DNA of 43,183 nt from Oribacterium sp. (GTDB lineage Bacteria > Bacillota > Clostridia > Lachnospirales > Lachnospiraceae): assembly GCA_963592375.1 (NCBI GenBank), contig CAVAXR010000001.1:1-43183 (forward strand), in the 5' to 3' direction. Both the position numbers and the translations under genes were made by a program. A model generated the notes under the pieces. It had not been told where the DNA came from and did not search any database. It saw only the letters and a list, made by a program, of their open reading frames with translations. Shown here piece after piece: positions 9,546 through 17,886 of the stretch (within the stretch, counting starts at the first letter, position 1; the number at the start of each line of letters is the position of its first letter).

Positions 9546-10035
9546 CCGTCATGTCCTCCGGCTCGACCGTCACAACCTCCGCCGGACGGGACGCCGCCTG
9601 TATGAGTGACATCTTCTTCTGCGCCTCCAGCATCGACTGCTGCGACTTCTCAATGATCTTCAGCTTCTCCGCAAGCGGTAGAGCCTGTGCCACGGCAGCT
9701 CTCGTCTCCGCGCCCAGCTCATACTCCTTCTTGTCCTTCCAGCCGAACCTGTTGTTCAGCGCGTACTGAATGCCGTCCGTCCTCTGCTTACTTGTGACAA
9801 GCTCCGTCTCATACTTGTTCTCGATCCGCGCCCATGCCTCATCCAGAATCGGCGCAAACTCCGGCAGCTTCGACCAGTCCTGCAGCGCCCTCACAGAGCA
9901 GGAACATCTGATGGCCAGCCCCGACAACGTCGGCAGCACGTCATCCCGGTCACACTCTCTGAAGTAGTCGTTCACGACCTTCTGCAAATCTCCCGCTCTC
10001 TGATACGTCTTCAGCGATGTATACCGAAACGCCAC
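9535..10035 (-). CDS. terS: terminase small subunit (P22 gp3-like)
   Basis: 166 aa overlapping the terL start; YFxxC..PTLSGLA HTH and ALNNRFGWKDK motif. Confidence 0.8.
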   Translation of the reverse strand: MAFRYTSLKTYQRAGDLQKVVNDYFRECDRDDVLPTLSGLAIRCSCSVRALQDWSKLPEFAPILDEAWARIENKYETELVTSKQRTDGIQYALNNRFGWKDKKEYELGAETRAAVAQALPLAEKLKIIEKSQQSMLEAQKKMSLIQAASRPAEVVTVEPEDMTDVE

Positions 10036-10169
10036 AGCCCCTCAATGCTCCCTTCCTTCCGTCCCCGCATGGCGCCCACACGGTCAGAATTATGTTAACC
10101 GCCTATAAACAAAAACGGCACCCGCTCAGTGCTTCCCCGCACCGCAGATGCCTTCTCTTAAAATCCGAC

Positions 10170-10232
10170 TGGGTTCCCTTCCCCGATGGTACCTTCAAAA
10201 ATTCCCATGGGTTCCCTTCTCAGATGGTACCT
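10170..10232. repeat. 25-bp imperfect direct repeat, 2 copies, upstream of terS
   Basis: TGGGTTCCCTTCCCCGATGGTACCT (10170-10194) vs TGGGTTCCCTTCTCAGATGGTACCT (10208-10232); 23/25 identical, period 38. Confidence 0.85.
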
Positions 10233-10355
10233 ATGGAAATTTCGAAAAAGAGGTGGGTTATCTATGGGGGTCCCCCACGCGTTCCCTCGACACCCCCCTC
10301 CCCCGGGGGGGTCTCCGCTCCGCACCGAGGGCATCGTCCTTCCTCCGCAGACAGC

Positions 10356-10411
10356 TTTACAAGTATGATAGTACCACTAGCAAATGTATACAATCAAGTG
10401 CCACTTGTAAA
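10356..10411 (-). promoter_or_regulatory. candidate leftward promoter bracketed by a 9-bp inverted repeat
   Basis: On the - strand TTGATT-N18-TACTAT with a TG extension; TTTACAAGT (10356-10364) and ACTTGTAAA (10403-10411) flank it. Confidence 0.45.
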
Positions 10412-11214
10412 AATAAAACAATCTCCCTCCCTGCCTCCCCTCTCCCAGGCTCCGAGGTCAGAAGACCGCCGAGCTACATCTTGTGCCTCTCCGCATATCC
10501 GACTACCACATCTAGTCTCTCCACTTATACAAAATATGTATTTTGTACACCTCCTCCCCAAAGCCCCTCCCCCCCGAAGGCCGCTTCCCTCATCCGATAC
10601 AGCGTTATCGATATCGCATTATCGATTACTCAGATCCGCATCTAATATGGCATATTAGATAACAGCTCAAGTTGACATAATCCGTTATCTAACACACCCC
10701 CGCTCCCCGGATCCTCCCGCCCAGGCCGTCCCCTAATGCTCCTGCTCTTACCATCATTGGATCAGCCTCTATAGATGTGCTCCCCCTCGGGGATAGATCT
10801 CCAACCGTTGGGGGAGGATGAGACCTCTCGGTTGATTTCCCACATGGATGACTCCCATCCGTTAGGAGTGAGCAGCCTCTCGGCTTTAGGCTCCTGCATC
10901 CCAGCAAGCTCTTTCTCCCCCTCTAGGGCGGAGCTAGCCCATAGGTCTACACTTATCCTATAGCTTATATTATATATATAGCATATAATCCTATATGCGC
11001 CGAAACGCGCCTTCGGGGGGAGGCCGCCGAAGCTCCTACCGGAGGCCGCTCCTGCCGGAGACGGATCCTGCCCGGAGGCCGGGCAAACCGCCACAGCCAG
11101 GAGCCGCCTGGATCCCTGCCAGGCCAGGCCGAGCTCAGACCAGCAGCCGCTCCGTGCCCAGGCCGGACGCGCTCCGATCCGCCTGGAGCGCTGCCATCAT
11201 CGCCTCTGGCAATC

Positions 11215-11273
11215 TGCACAAATCGATTTGTGCAATATTACGTGTTGGCAGCGCTGATAATTAGTGCTATGAT
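11215..11273 (+). promoter_or_regulatory. sigma-A promoter with an upstream perfect 20-bp palindrome
   Basis: TGCACAAATCGATTTGTGCA (11215-11234); TTGGCA (11245-11250)-N17-TATGAT (11268-11273) with extended -10 TG. Confidence 0.8.
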
Positions 11274-11368
11274 ATAGCCAGCAAAAACAAAAGCGGCCAG
11301 CCCCGGAGGCAACCGAGACTGGCCAAGTCCAAAACCAACCAAAAATCAGAACGAAAAGGAGAACTATC

Positions 11369-11620
11369 ATGGCTTACTTCTCTCTCAACAACGGGCTCGG
11401 TGATCACTGGTACTCCCCCGATGACATCACCAACCTCTGGGACAGCTCCCGCGAGGGAGAGACCCTTGGCAAGTGCATCCTCTCCTACTGGGACGCAATC
11501 GTGCAGCGCATGGACGATGACACCCGCGAGGCCGTCAGCGATGACCTTGCTCCCTGCACCGAGTGCGAGTTTTTGGCGGAGTACCTCCGCCGCGCTCCCG
11601 AGGATCTCATCCTTGGATGA
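11369..11620 (+). CDS. small acidic protein, AcrIC5-like anti-CRISPR candidate
   Basis: GAAAGGAG RBS; 83 aa with 18 D/E vs 6 K/R; WDAIVQRMDDDTREAVSDDLAPCTECEFLAEY resembles the AcrIC5 core as recalled; paired with an HTH gene. Confidence 0.7.
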   Translation: MAYFSLNNGLGDHWYSPDDITNLWDSSREGETLGKCILSYWDAIVQRMDDDTREAVSDDLAPCTECEFLAEYLRRAPEDLILG

Positions 11621-11703
11621 CCAGACATTACTCCCGCCCCCCCGCCGCCGCAGGCCGGGCACATCCCAGGCCTGCACCCACATCACGAAAGGAGCTGTCC
11701 CCT

Positions 11704-11937
11704 ATGAAACGTGCCCCGTTTGACGAAACCTCTTCCCGGATCCGTGCCGCACGGGATTATGTCAACCTCTCCCAGGCCGCCTTCGCGCGCCTGGTCGGAG
11801 TTTCCCGCACCGCCGTGCAATATTGGGAATACCGTAAGAGCTCCATCCCTGCCTACGTCCTCGCCCTCATCGAGCACCGTGCCGCCAGCGCCAGTCCCGA
11901 AGAGCTTGCCTTCCTGCGTCGGGGAGGCCGAAGCTAA
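11704..11937 (+). CDS. XRE-family HTH protein (Aca-like), 77 aa
   Basis: GAAAGGAG RBS before ATG 11704; IRAARDYVNLSQAAFARLVGVSRTAVQYWE helix-turn-helix. Confidence 0.85.
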   Translation: MKRAPFDETSSRIRAARDYVNLSQAAFARLVGVSRTAVQYWEYRKSSIPAYVLALIEHRAASASPEELAFLRRGGRS

Positions 11938-11957
11938 AAGCCCCGCTCCGCACGAAG

Positions 11958-12005
11958 AACCCCCTGCAGCAGCCGTCATGACTGCCGCAGGGGGTTTTCC
12001 TTTTT
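11958..12005 (+). terminator. Rho-independent terminator
   Basis: AACCCCCTGC...GCAGGGGGTT stem followed by TTCCTTTTT, between convergent genes. Confidence 0.85.
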
Positions 12006-12055
12006 CCGTATGGACTGCGCCCAGGGCGCGCGGATCCGTGCCCGGAGACGCCGGT

Positions 12056-12502
12056 CTACTCCAGCTCCATCAGCGAGAGCAGCCGCCACACGCGCCGTCT
12101 CGCCGTAGTCGCATCCGCGTATCCGGCCGCCTCCGCAAGCCTCCCGTAGGAGAGACTGCCGATGTAGCGCAGCTCCAGCAGGTGACGGTCTGAGGGCGCA
12201 GGCAGCGCTGCTTCAGCGATCCAGCGTTCGACGCGCTCCATGGCCTGCAGAGACTCCGCAAGCCGTACCCGGTAATGCTCTGTCGCCTCTGCCAGCGCCG
12301 CAGCCAGATCTCCGACAGCGTCCGAGCCGGAGGAGCGCACGCGCACACCGTCTATGTTGAGCGTAGCCACGTCACGCGCACGATCCTCCAGCTCCCGCAG
12401 CACGCGCCGCAGGTGCCGTGCATCCCTCTGGGCATCTCTGTAGGCCGAGAGGCGCACGTCATTGGCGCGCGCCCTCTGCAGCTCCTCCACCGTCATCCTC
12501 AT
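12056..12502 (-). CDS. RinA/ArpU-like late transcription activator
   Basis: 148 aa; C-terminal sigma-region-4-like HTH (LLELRYIGSLSYGRLAEAAGY); last gene of the early operon. Confidence 0.7.
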   Translation of the reverse strand: MRMTVEELQRARANDVRLSAYRDAQRDARHLRRVLRELEDRARDVATLNIDGVRVRSSGSDAVGDLAAALAEATEHYRVRLAESLQAMERVERWIAEAALPAPSDRHLLELRYIGSLSYGRLAEAAGYADATTARRRVWRLLSLMELE

Positions 12503-12519
12503 GTGCCTTGCTCCTCCCG

Positions 12520-12930
12520 TCACGCGTCCATGTGGCGTGCCACGTATGCTCCGTAGCTCATGCCCGCCGCCGCCGCCCTGGCAGCCACGTCCGAGATCCC
12601 GCTCATGGATACCGGCGCGTTCTCGCGCCTCTCACGCGCCTCATGCCGGATCGCCTTGCGTTCCTCGCATTGTTTCCTGTCCCGGCAGCGTGCCGAGCAA
12701 TACACGCGTTTGGGTGCGCCCTCAAATTCCGTACCGCAGACCGGGCACACGTGCTTGACCGGGTGCGACGCGCGCCAGGCCTTTTGCTTCCGGCGCTTGT
12801 TCTCAGCACTGCACCCGGCGCAGCAGCACTTCTGCCCCCGCTCATGCGGGAGGAAGACCCTCCCGCACACCACGCACTCACGCGTCTCGACCGGCGCCTC
12901 GCAGAATCCGAAGCCTTTAGAAGGGGACAT
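12520..12930 (-). CDS. Cys-rich zinc-finger protein
   Basis: GGAGGT RBS before ATG 12930; two CxxCG-x(n)-CxxxC units; C-terminal GMSYGAYVA. Confidence 0.75.
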   Translation of the reverse strand: MSPSKGFGFCEAPVETRECVVCGRVFLPHERGQKCCCAGCSAENKRRKQKAWRASHPVKHVCPVCGTEFEGAPKRVYCSARCRDRKQCEERKAIRHEARERRENAPVSMSGISDVAARAAAAGMSYGAYVARHMDA

Positions 12931-13378
12931 CTTCCGCACCTCCGAAGGAGCCGAAGCCGTCCTGCGACGCCGGCCGCGGGAAGGTATTGCCGGACGGGTA
13001 ACTGTATGACGCACCCGCCCGATCCGCAGACTCCTGTTCATAATCGCGCTTGCGATCGCCGCCGAAGTTGACTGAATCTGCGATGATCTCAACCGTCACG
13101 CGCTTTTTGTTGTCGCGATCCGTCCATTCCCGTGTGGAGAGGCGCCCGGATACCAGCACCATCTGCCCCCGGGAGAAATTCCTTGACAGGAATTCCGCGG
13201 TTTTGCCCCACGCGACCACATCAAAGAAGTCCGCCTCCGGGCTCCCGTCCTGTGCCGAAGCGCCGGAGTACTGTCGACCGACCGCCACACGCGCCGTGCA
13301 TACGCTCTTGCCGGACTTCGACTGCTTCAGCTCGATGTCAGCCACCACTCGTCCCTGAATCGCTACCACGTTTAACAT
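12917..13378 (-). CDS. ssb: single-stranded DNA-binding protein
   Basis: MLNVVAIQGR, ADFFDVVAWGKTAE, VSGRLSTREW, acidic EDVPF tail. Confidence 0.96.
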   Translation of the reverse strand: MLNVVAIQGRVVADIELKQSKSGKSVCTARVAVGRQYSGASAQDGSPEADFFDVVAWGKTAEFLSRNFSRGQMVLVSGRLSTREWTDRDNKKRVTVEIIADSVNFGGDRKRDYEQESADRAGASYSYPSGNTFPRPASQDGFGSFGGAEDVPF

Positions 13379-13383
13379 GTCTA

Positions 13384-13620
13384 TTACTCTCCAATCTTTA
13401 ACTGATTTGTGTCAGCCTGTGCTGCAGGCTTTTCCTCGTCTGGTGATTCTGCTACAAAATCCTTGCATGGTTTTGTGCATTTCGCACAGTCTCTCCCGTG
13501 CTTGGAGCAGCATCGGATGTATGAGCGCTTGCCGTAGGAATCCCACGCGCACCCTGTGCAGATGCAGCCGTGCCCCCACATCGTCCCGCAGCGCGGATCA
13601 TGTCTGCCAAGCATGGTCAA
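13384..13620 (-). CDS. small Cys-rich hypothetical protein
   Basis: GGAGG RBS; many cysteines; overlaps the stop of the upstream ORF. Confidence 0.6.
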   Translation of the reverse strand: MTMLGRHDPRCGTMWGHGCICTGCAWDSYGKRSYIRCCSKHGRDCAKCTKPCKDFVAESPDEEKPAAQADTNQLKIGE

Positions 13621-13859
13621 GCGTCCTCCCCCCCGCGCCGGTCACGCTTGTACGGATTCCCTCCCAAGTCCCGGAAGCTGCGCAACCGCTTCCGGGCACT
13701 CGCGTACTCCGTCTCAAACGCGCCGAATATGCGCCGGCAGCCCTCGCGCAGGCCAGGCACCGTGCCCCATCCGCGCCGCGTCCTCCTGCGTGATACGCTC
13801 CTGTGGATCATCTGCTCTCCGGCAGAAAGTCTGTACCGTTTTCTATGCGTCTTCGCCAA
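13617..13859 (-). CDS. basic hypothetical protein, about 80 aa, TTG start
   Basis: GAGGAGG upstream of TTG 13859; fills the gap in a tightly packed operon; no recognisable motif. Confidence 0.4.
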   Translation of the reverse strand: MAKTHRKRYRLSAGEQMIHRSVSRRRTRRGWGTVPGLREGCRRIFGAFETEYASARKRLRSFRDLGGNPYKRDRRGGEDA

Positions 13860-14292
13860 CGTTCTCCACCTCCTCAATCTCGACTATGATGCGCGGATCC
13901 TTCTGATCCAGTGCAAACCGATCTTCAAACCCCTCGATCTCGTCCCAGCCGTCATCCCGCAGCACGCCCGACACCACCAGCGCGTCCTCTATGACCTTTC
14001 GCCCATAGGCAGACACATTGGACTTGTCCCGCTTGCGGTTTAGCTCGATCCACGTGTACACCATATGCACCGGCCGCCGGAAGCGCACGCCGCGCAGGTA
14101 TCGCTTGCAGCACAGGATCACCCAATGCTGTGCCTCCGACTTGAGCTTGGCTCCGGCGTAGCGTGACTTATTCTCAGCCGTGATGTAATCGTTGAGACCG
14201 GGTAGCCGTCCAGGGATCGTGAGCACCGCTCTCTGCAGAGCGCCCGAAGGCGCGGCCTGCTTTTTGGCTGTGCTATCTGCCCGTCGAGCCAA
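13843..14292 (-). CDS. rusA: RusA-like Holliday junction resolvase
   Basis: LPGLNDY; RKRDKSNV..K.IEDAL..SGVLRDDG; PRIIVEIEE. Start uncertain (TTG 14292 chosen; ORF is open to 14328). Confidence 0.8.
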   Translation of the reverse strand: MARRADSTAKKQAAPSGALQRAVLTIPGRLPGLNDYITAENKSRYAGAKLKSEAQHWVILCCKRYLRGVRFRRPVHMVYTWIELNRKRDKSNVSAYGRKVIEDALVVSGVLRDDGWDEIEGFEDRFALDQKDPRIIVEIEEVENVGEDA

Positions 14293-14683
14293 AGCCCCCG
14301 TCACCTCTCTCCGTATCCTCCAGCGCATCCACCACCGTCAGCGCCGGGAACCAGCACGGCAGAATAACGAGCTGCGTAATCTTCATTCCGCGCGTCAGAT
14401 GCACGTCCGCGTCCCCGTGATTATAGAGCTTTGCCACGATGGATCCCGTGTATCCGCAGTCTATGACGCCCTCCGACGCGATGCCGTACTTGACATTGAG
14501 GCCGGATTTGGACTTGAGCATCCCGACCGACCCCCTCGGCAGCGCCACGTGTACGCCCGTATCGATCACAGCGCTGCCGTGAGCGGGCACCGTCACGTCC
14601 TGCGGCGCGAACAGATCCAGCCCCGCGTCCTCCGCATGCGCTCTCACGGGGCAGTACGCGTCTCTGTCCAGCTTTACCTCCAT
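14273..14683 (-). CDS. dut: dUTPase (trimeric)
   Basis: DAGLDL, KSKSGL, GVIDCGYTGSI, ITQLVI, RGDGGFGSTGR. Confidence 0.97.
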   Translation of the reverse strand: MEVKLDRDAYCPVRAHAEDAGLDLFAPQDVTVPAHGSAVIDTGVHVALPRGSVGMLKSKSGLNVKYGIASEGVIDCGYTGSIVAKLYNHGDADVHLTRGMKITQLVILPCWFPALTVVDALEDTERGDGGFGSTGR

Positions 14684-14812
14684 TGTAAACCCCTCTCTTT
14701 CCCGTCAGAATGCCCTCTGCCGCGTTTTCCACGTTTTCCCGGGGAAACTATACCCCCTCGCGGGAAACGCGCTCAGAATCGATTCTGACGCATTTATCGT
14801 GAACCTGCCGGT

Positions 14813-15892
14813 TTACCCGACACATTCAGCCTGTGCTATGGCGCGGAGCTTGGCGTAGTACGCCGCATCCGCGTCGGACTCCCGTGCGGGAGCATCTGAC
14901 GGAGCGGGAGCCCGTCTGCGCTCCGTCCACTTGCGCAGCATGGCCTGCCAGTTGGCTACAGGTCGTCCTGCGGAATCCGTCCAGCCCGAGCGGGACATGA
15001 CCTCGAGAAATGCGTCTACCGAAGCGGCTTCGGCACGAAGACCCGCTCCATACCGTCTGACGTCCTCGTCGGTCGGTCGGTCACAAAACCCCGCGTTTTC
15101 CGCGCTCCTTTCTTTGTGTTGACCGACCGAAGGACGGTCAACATTTCTTTCAAAACCATTAGGTATACCTATAGGCTTACGGTTATATATATTACCTCTA
15201 GGTATATTATTATATATATAGCCTATAGGAGTAAGGCTGGAGCTATAGGGATTGTCATTCCCGGACGCATCTCCGTATTCGTAAACCGTTTTTTTGTATA
15301 CAGAAATCGGTTTTTCGTATGCAGAAACGGGATTGTTGTATACAGAAATCGGGTTTGTGCCAGCGGTAATCGGGTTTTCGTCTGCATCAACTTTATTTTT
15401 GCAGACAGAAATCGCGTTTTTGCATACAGAAATCGCGTTCCCGTTTCCCGACCCCGCGCCGCAGCACTCGTCCGGCGCGACGATCACGCCGCAGCTCTCC
15501 TCCGGCTGCAGGAGCCAAAGAGAGCCCCGCACCGTGCGAAGGGAACGTCTGCCGGAGGCGCCCAGCCACTTGCGCTGCAGCTGGGCACCCGTAAGGACAC
15601 CCTCCTCTGCCAGGGACTCATCGAAGAGACCGGAGGTCACGATGGCGCCCACGATGGCCGACAGACGTGCTGCCGTCATGCCGCCGCCCATGATGCGCGC
15701 CAGGGAGGGCACGTCCCCCTCGCCGAAGCGCAGGAAGTACCCGTCTGTGGAAAGCGCACGATTGCATAAAAAGAAGTATACGCCGAAGCCTTCCCAGCCC
15801 GCAGCGTCCAGAAGCGCGTCCATCTGCGCGTCCCCGTACATCTCACAGCTCCACGCAGCCTCGCTGACGGTCATTTTCATCTTGCGTCCCAT
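14813..15892 (-). CDS. replication initiator (DUF4373/Lin1244-like N-terminal domain)
   Basis: GGAGGT RBS before ATG 15892; GWEGFGVYFFL..DGYFL N-domain; internal 21-bp repeats; C-terminal PT.EDV...F...GW......NWQA...W domain. Confidence 0.8.
   Translation of the reverse strand: MGRKMKMTVSEAAWSCEMYGDAQMDALLDAAGWEGFGVYFFLCNRALSTDGYFLRFGEGDVPSLARIMGGGMTAARLSAIVGAIVTSGLFDESLAEEGVLTGAQLQRKWLGASGRRSLRTVRGSLWLLQPEESCGVIVAPDECCGAGSGNGNAISVCKNAISVCKNKVDADENPITAGTNPISVYNNPVSAYEKPISVYKKTVYEYGDASGNDNPYSSSLTPIGYIYNNIPRGNIYNRKPIGIPNGFERNVDRPSVGQHKERSAENAGFCDRPTDEDVRRYGAGLRAEAASVDAFLEVMSRSGWTDSAGRPVANWQAMLRKWTERRRAPAPSDAPARESDADAAYYAKLRAIAQAECVG
15134..15441. other. probable replication origin: eight 21-bp iteron-like units beside an AT-rich tract
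   Basis: Units at 15274, 15295, 15316, 15337, 15358, 15379, 15400, 15421 (consensus about YGYATACAGAAATCGSGTTTT); adjacent TATATA-rich segment at about 15160-15230. Confidence 0.7.
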
Positions 15893-15983
15893 AGAAGAAT
15901 ACCTCCGAAAAGTTATTTTATGTGCCCCAGCGGGGAAGCCCCGGCGCGTCCGCTGAAGCTCCCCCCGAACAGTGAAAAGATGC

Positions 15984-16874
15984 TTACTTCCCCACAGTTT
16001 CTGCCGCCGGCTCCTCCGGGGGAACCTCGGTGAAGCTGCCCTCGACCGCATCCGCGGGGATATCCTCGTCATCGAAGCTCCCGGTCGCAATCGCAGTCGC
16101 AGCCGCCACGGCAGCGGGATCCGCCTGCTTTTGGTAGTCGATGGACATGAGACCCCACTTGCCGATCAGCCTGCGCAGGACGGTCTTCTGTGCCATAGCG
16201 TCAAAGTCATCTCTCCAGCCTTTGGACTGATACTGCCCCTTGCGGTTCTTGCGCTCATGCGCCTCGATCTGAGCGCGCGTCATGTAGATAGTCTTCTCCA
16301 TGCCGTTGACCAGGCGGTAATAGCCGACCCAGCCGATGACCGGCAGCTTCTCGCGTTCGTCCTCGTCCTCGATAAAGTCAAGCTCGATCTCCTCCGTGAG
16401 CCGGTTGTAGCGGACAAGCTCACCCTCGCGGACATCGACCACGTTGATGACCTTGTACACGCCCGTGCGCATCGCAAGCTGGAGCATGCCCTTGTAGCCC
16501 AGGATAAAGCTCGCCTCCATGCGTTTGGTGCCGGAGGCACGGTTGAAGTTGGAAAAGGGCACGATGTAGGCGTAGCCCAGCTGCGCATCGATGGGCAGAT
16601 CATAGCTTGCGGCCTTCAGTGCGGATTGGATCACGGTCACAGGAGCCTCGGAGAAGGCACGGGCAAGCTCCGGGGAAGCGTTGATACAGGAGACGATGGA
16701 CGCAATGAACTGCGGAGCGCGTCTGCCCAGAAGCTCATCGAAGCGCTTGCGGTAACCGTCACGGTCGACGATGGAGGACACCATCTCGGCCACGGAGGCC
16801 GCAGCAGCATTGGACTTTCTTGCGGCAGGCGCAGCAGAAGCCGCACGTTGGATTGCGTTGTTGACATTAGCCAT
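15984..16874 (-). CDS. recT: RecT-family single-strand annealing protein
   Basis: LPIDAQLGYAYIVPF, FILGYKGMLQLAMRTG, W..DFDAMAQKTVLR. Confidence 0.93.
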   Translation of the reverse strand: MANVNNAIQRAASAAPAARKSNAAAASVAEMVSSIVDRDGYRKRFDELLGRRAPQFIASIVSCINASPELARAFSEAPVTVIQSALKAASYDLPIDAQLGYAYIVPFSNFNRASGTKRMEASFILGYKGMLQLAMRTGVYKVINVVDVREGELVRYNRLTEEIELDFIEDEDEREKLPVIGWVGYYRLVNGMEKTIYMTRAQIEAHERKNRKGQYQSKGWRDDFDAMAQKTVLRRLIGKWGLMSIDYQKQADPAAVAAATAIATGSFDDEDIPADAVEGSFTEVPPEEPAAETVGK

Positions 16875-17886
16875 TCTTCTTTTCTTCCTTCCTCTGCGAT
16901 ACGCGCAGCACACGTGATGTAGATTCCTTCAAATATTTTCCGGCAATTTCGGGGTTCCCCTTTTTCAGTGCCTCCGTATCGATGCGCCGCGTCACCTGGT
17001 TCTGCCAGGAGGCCACCTTGCCCCCGCAGATGCCGACGGGTTTGTCTGCCATGCGAAGTTTGATGCGGTTTTCAAGCTCCGCGCGCTGTGTTTCAAGCTC
17101 CTTAATCTGAGCCTTGACGTCATCCAACCGGGAGAAGACATCCTCCATGCCGGACAAGTCAACGGGCTCCGTGACAGAGCCGTCCGCCATCTGATACAGG
17201 CCGTTTATGGTATCCGTGGTAGCCTTCGTGCCGTCCACCTCCGGCGGTGTCTTAGCCTCCACCAGCGCCCAGAACTCCCGCTCACGCCCGATAAGCGTCT
17301 CGATCTCCGCATCCGAAACGGAGACCACACCGTCCACGCGTTCATCGGCCTCCGGGTTTTCCTCGCGGGTAAAGCGGTATACGCGGAAGTCCGATCCCAT
17401 GATAAGCACAGCCAGGTACCAGTCTCTCCAGCCTGTGACCGCCATGTAGTGAACGCATTGGACGTAGTAGTGCGCCGGAACGGAGACGGAGCCGTCCGGG
17501 GAAACGAAGCTGCGATAGTTGTAGGCCGATGTGGTCTTGCACTCCAGACCCGCGTCACGGCCTCGGACGCGTCGGTCGATATTGGCGCACATGTAGGGCT
17601 GCTCGACAGACCCCAAAAGTGCGTTCATGCGCTGGACAGGCAGGGACGCGCGCTCTGTAAAGCGCCTCGCGACATATTCCTCCAGATCCCGCCCGACGCG
17701 CAGCGCTTCGGAATCCGGGGTATCGGGCTTTAAGCCGATCTTGTCTGCCCAGACGGAAAAAGGGGAGGAAAACGGGGATAACCCCAAAAGCGCCGCCGCG
17801 TCCGATCCTCCGATGCCCCGTCTTCTCCAGGCAAGCCACTCTTCGCGGGGCATATCCGCTGTGGATACCAGCCTTGTGTAGCTCAT
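16867..17886 (-). CDS. YqaJ-like (lambda exonuclease family) nuclease
   Basis: WLAWRRRGIGGSDAA, ANIDR, LECKT, YYVQCVHYM; adjacent to recT. Confidence 0.93.
   Translation of the reverse strand: MSYTRLVSTADMPREEWLAWRRRGIGGSDAAALLGLSPFSSPFSVWADKIGLKPDTPDSEALRVGRDLEEYVARRFTERASLPVQRMNALLGSVEQPYMCANIDRRVRGRDAGLECKTTSAYNYRSFVSPDGSVSVPAHYYVQCVHYMAVTGWRDWYLAVLIMGSDFRVYRFTREENPEADERVDGVVSVSDAEIETLIGREREFWALVEAKTPPEVDGTKATTDTINGLYQMADGSVTEPVDLSGMEDVFSRLDDVKAQIKELETQRAELENRIKLRMADKPVGICGGKVASWQNQVTRRIDTEALKKGNPEIAGKYLKESTSRVLRVSQRKEEKKNG

Noticed and set aside
11215..11234. Rex operator
   Set aside because: The arms are in the opposite arrangement and spacing to the TTGTGAA-N4-TTCACAA consensus.
10017..11264. 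ORFs in the terS-upstream region (e.g. 10017..10658, 10148..10645, 10689..10907, 10762..11094)
   Set aside because: No RBS, Pro/Ser-rich translations arising from C/T skew, atypical codon use and no motifs.
11369..11937. Toxin-antitoxin pair (small gene plus HTH, HigBA/MqsRA-like order)
   Set aside because: The upstream protein is strongly acidic and lacks RelE/HigB-like basic catalytic features; it is not fully excluded without a search.
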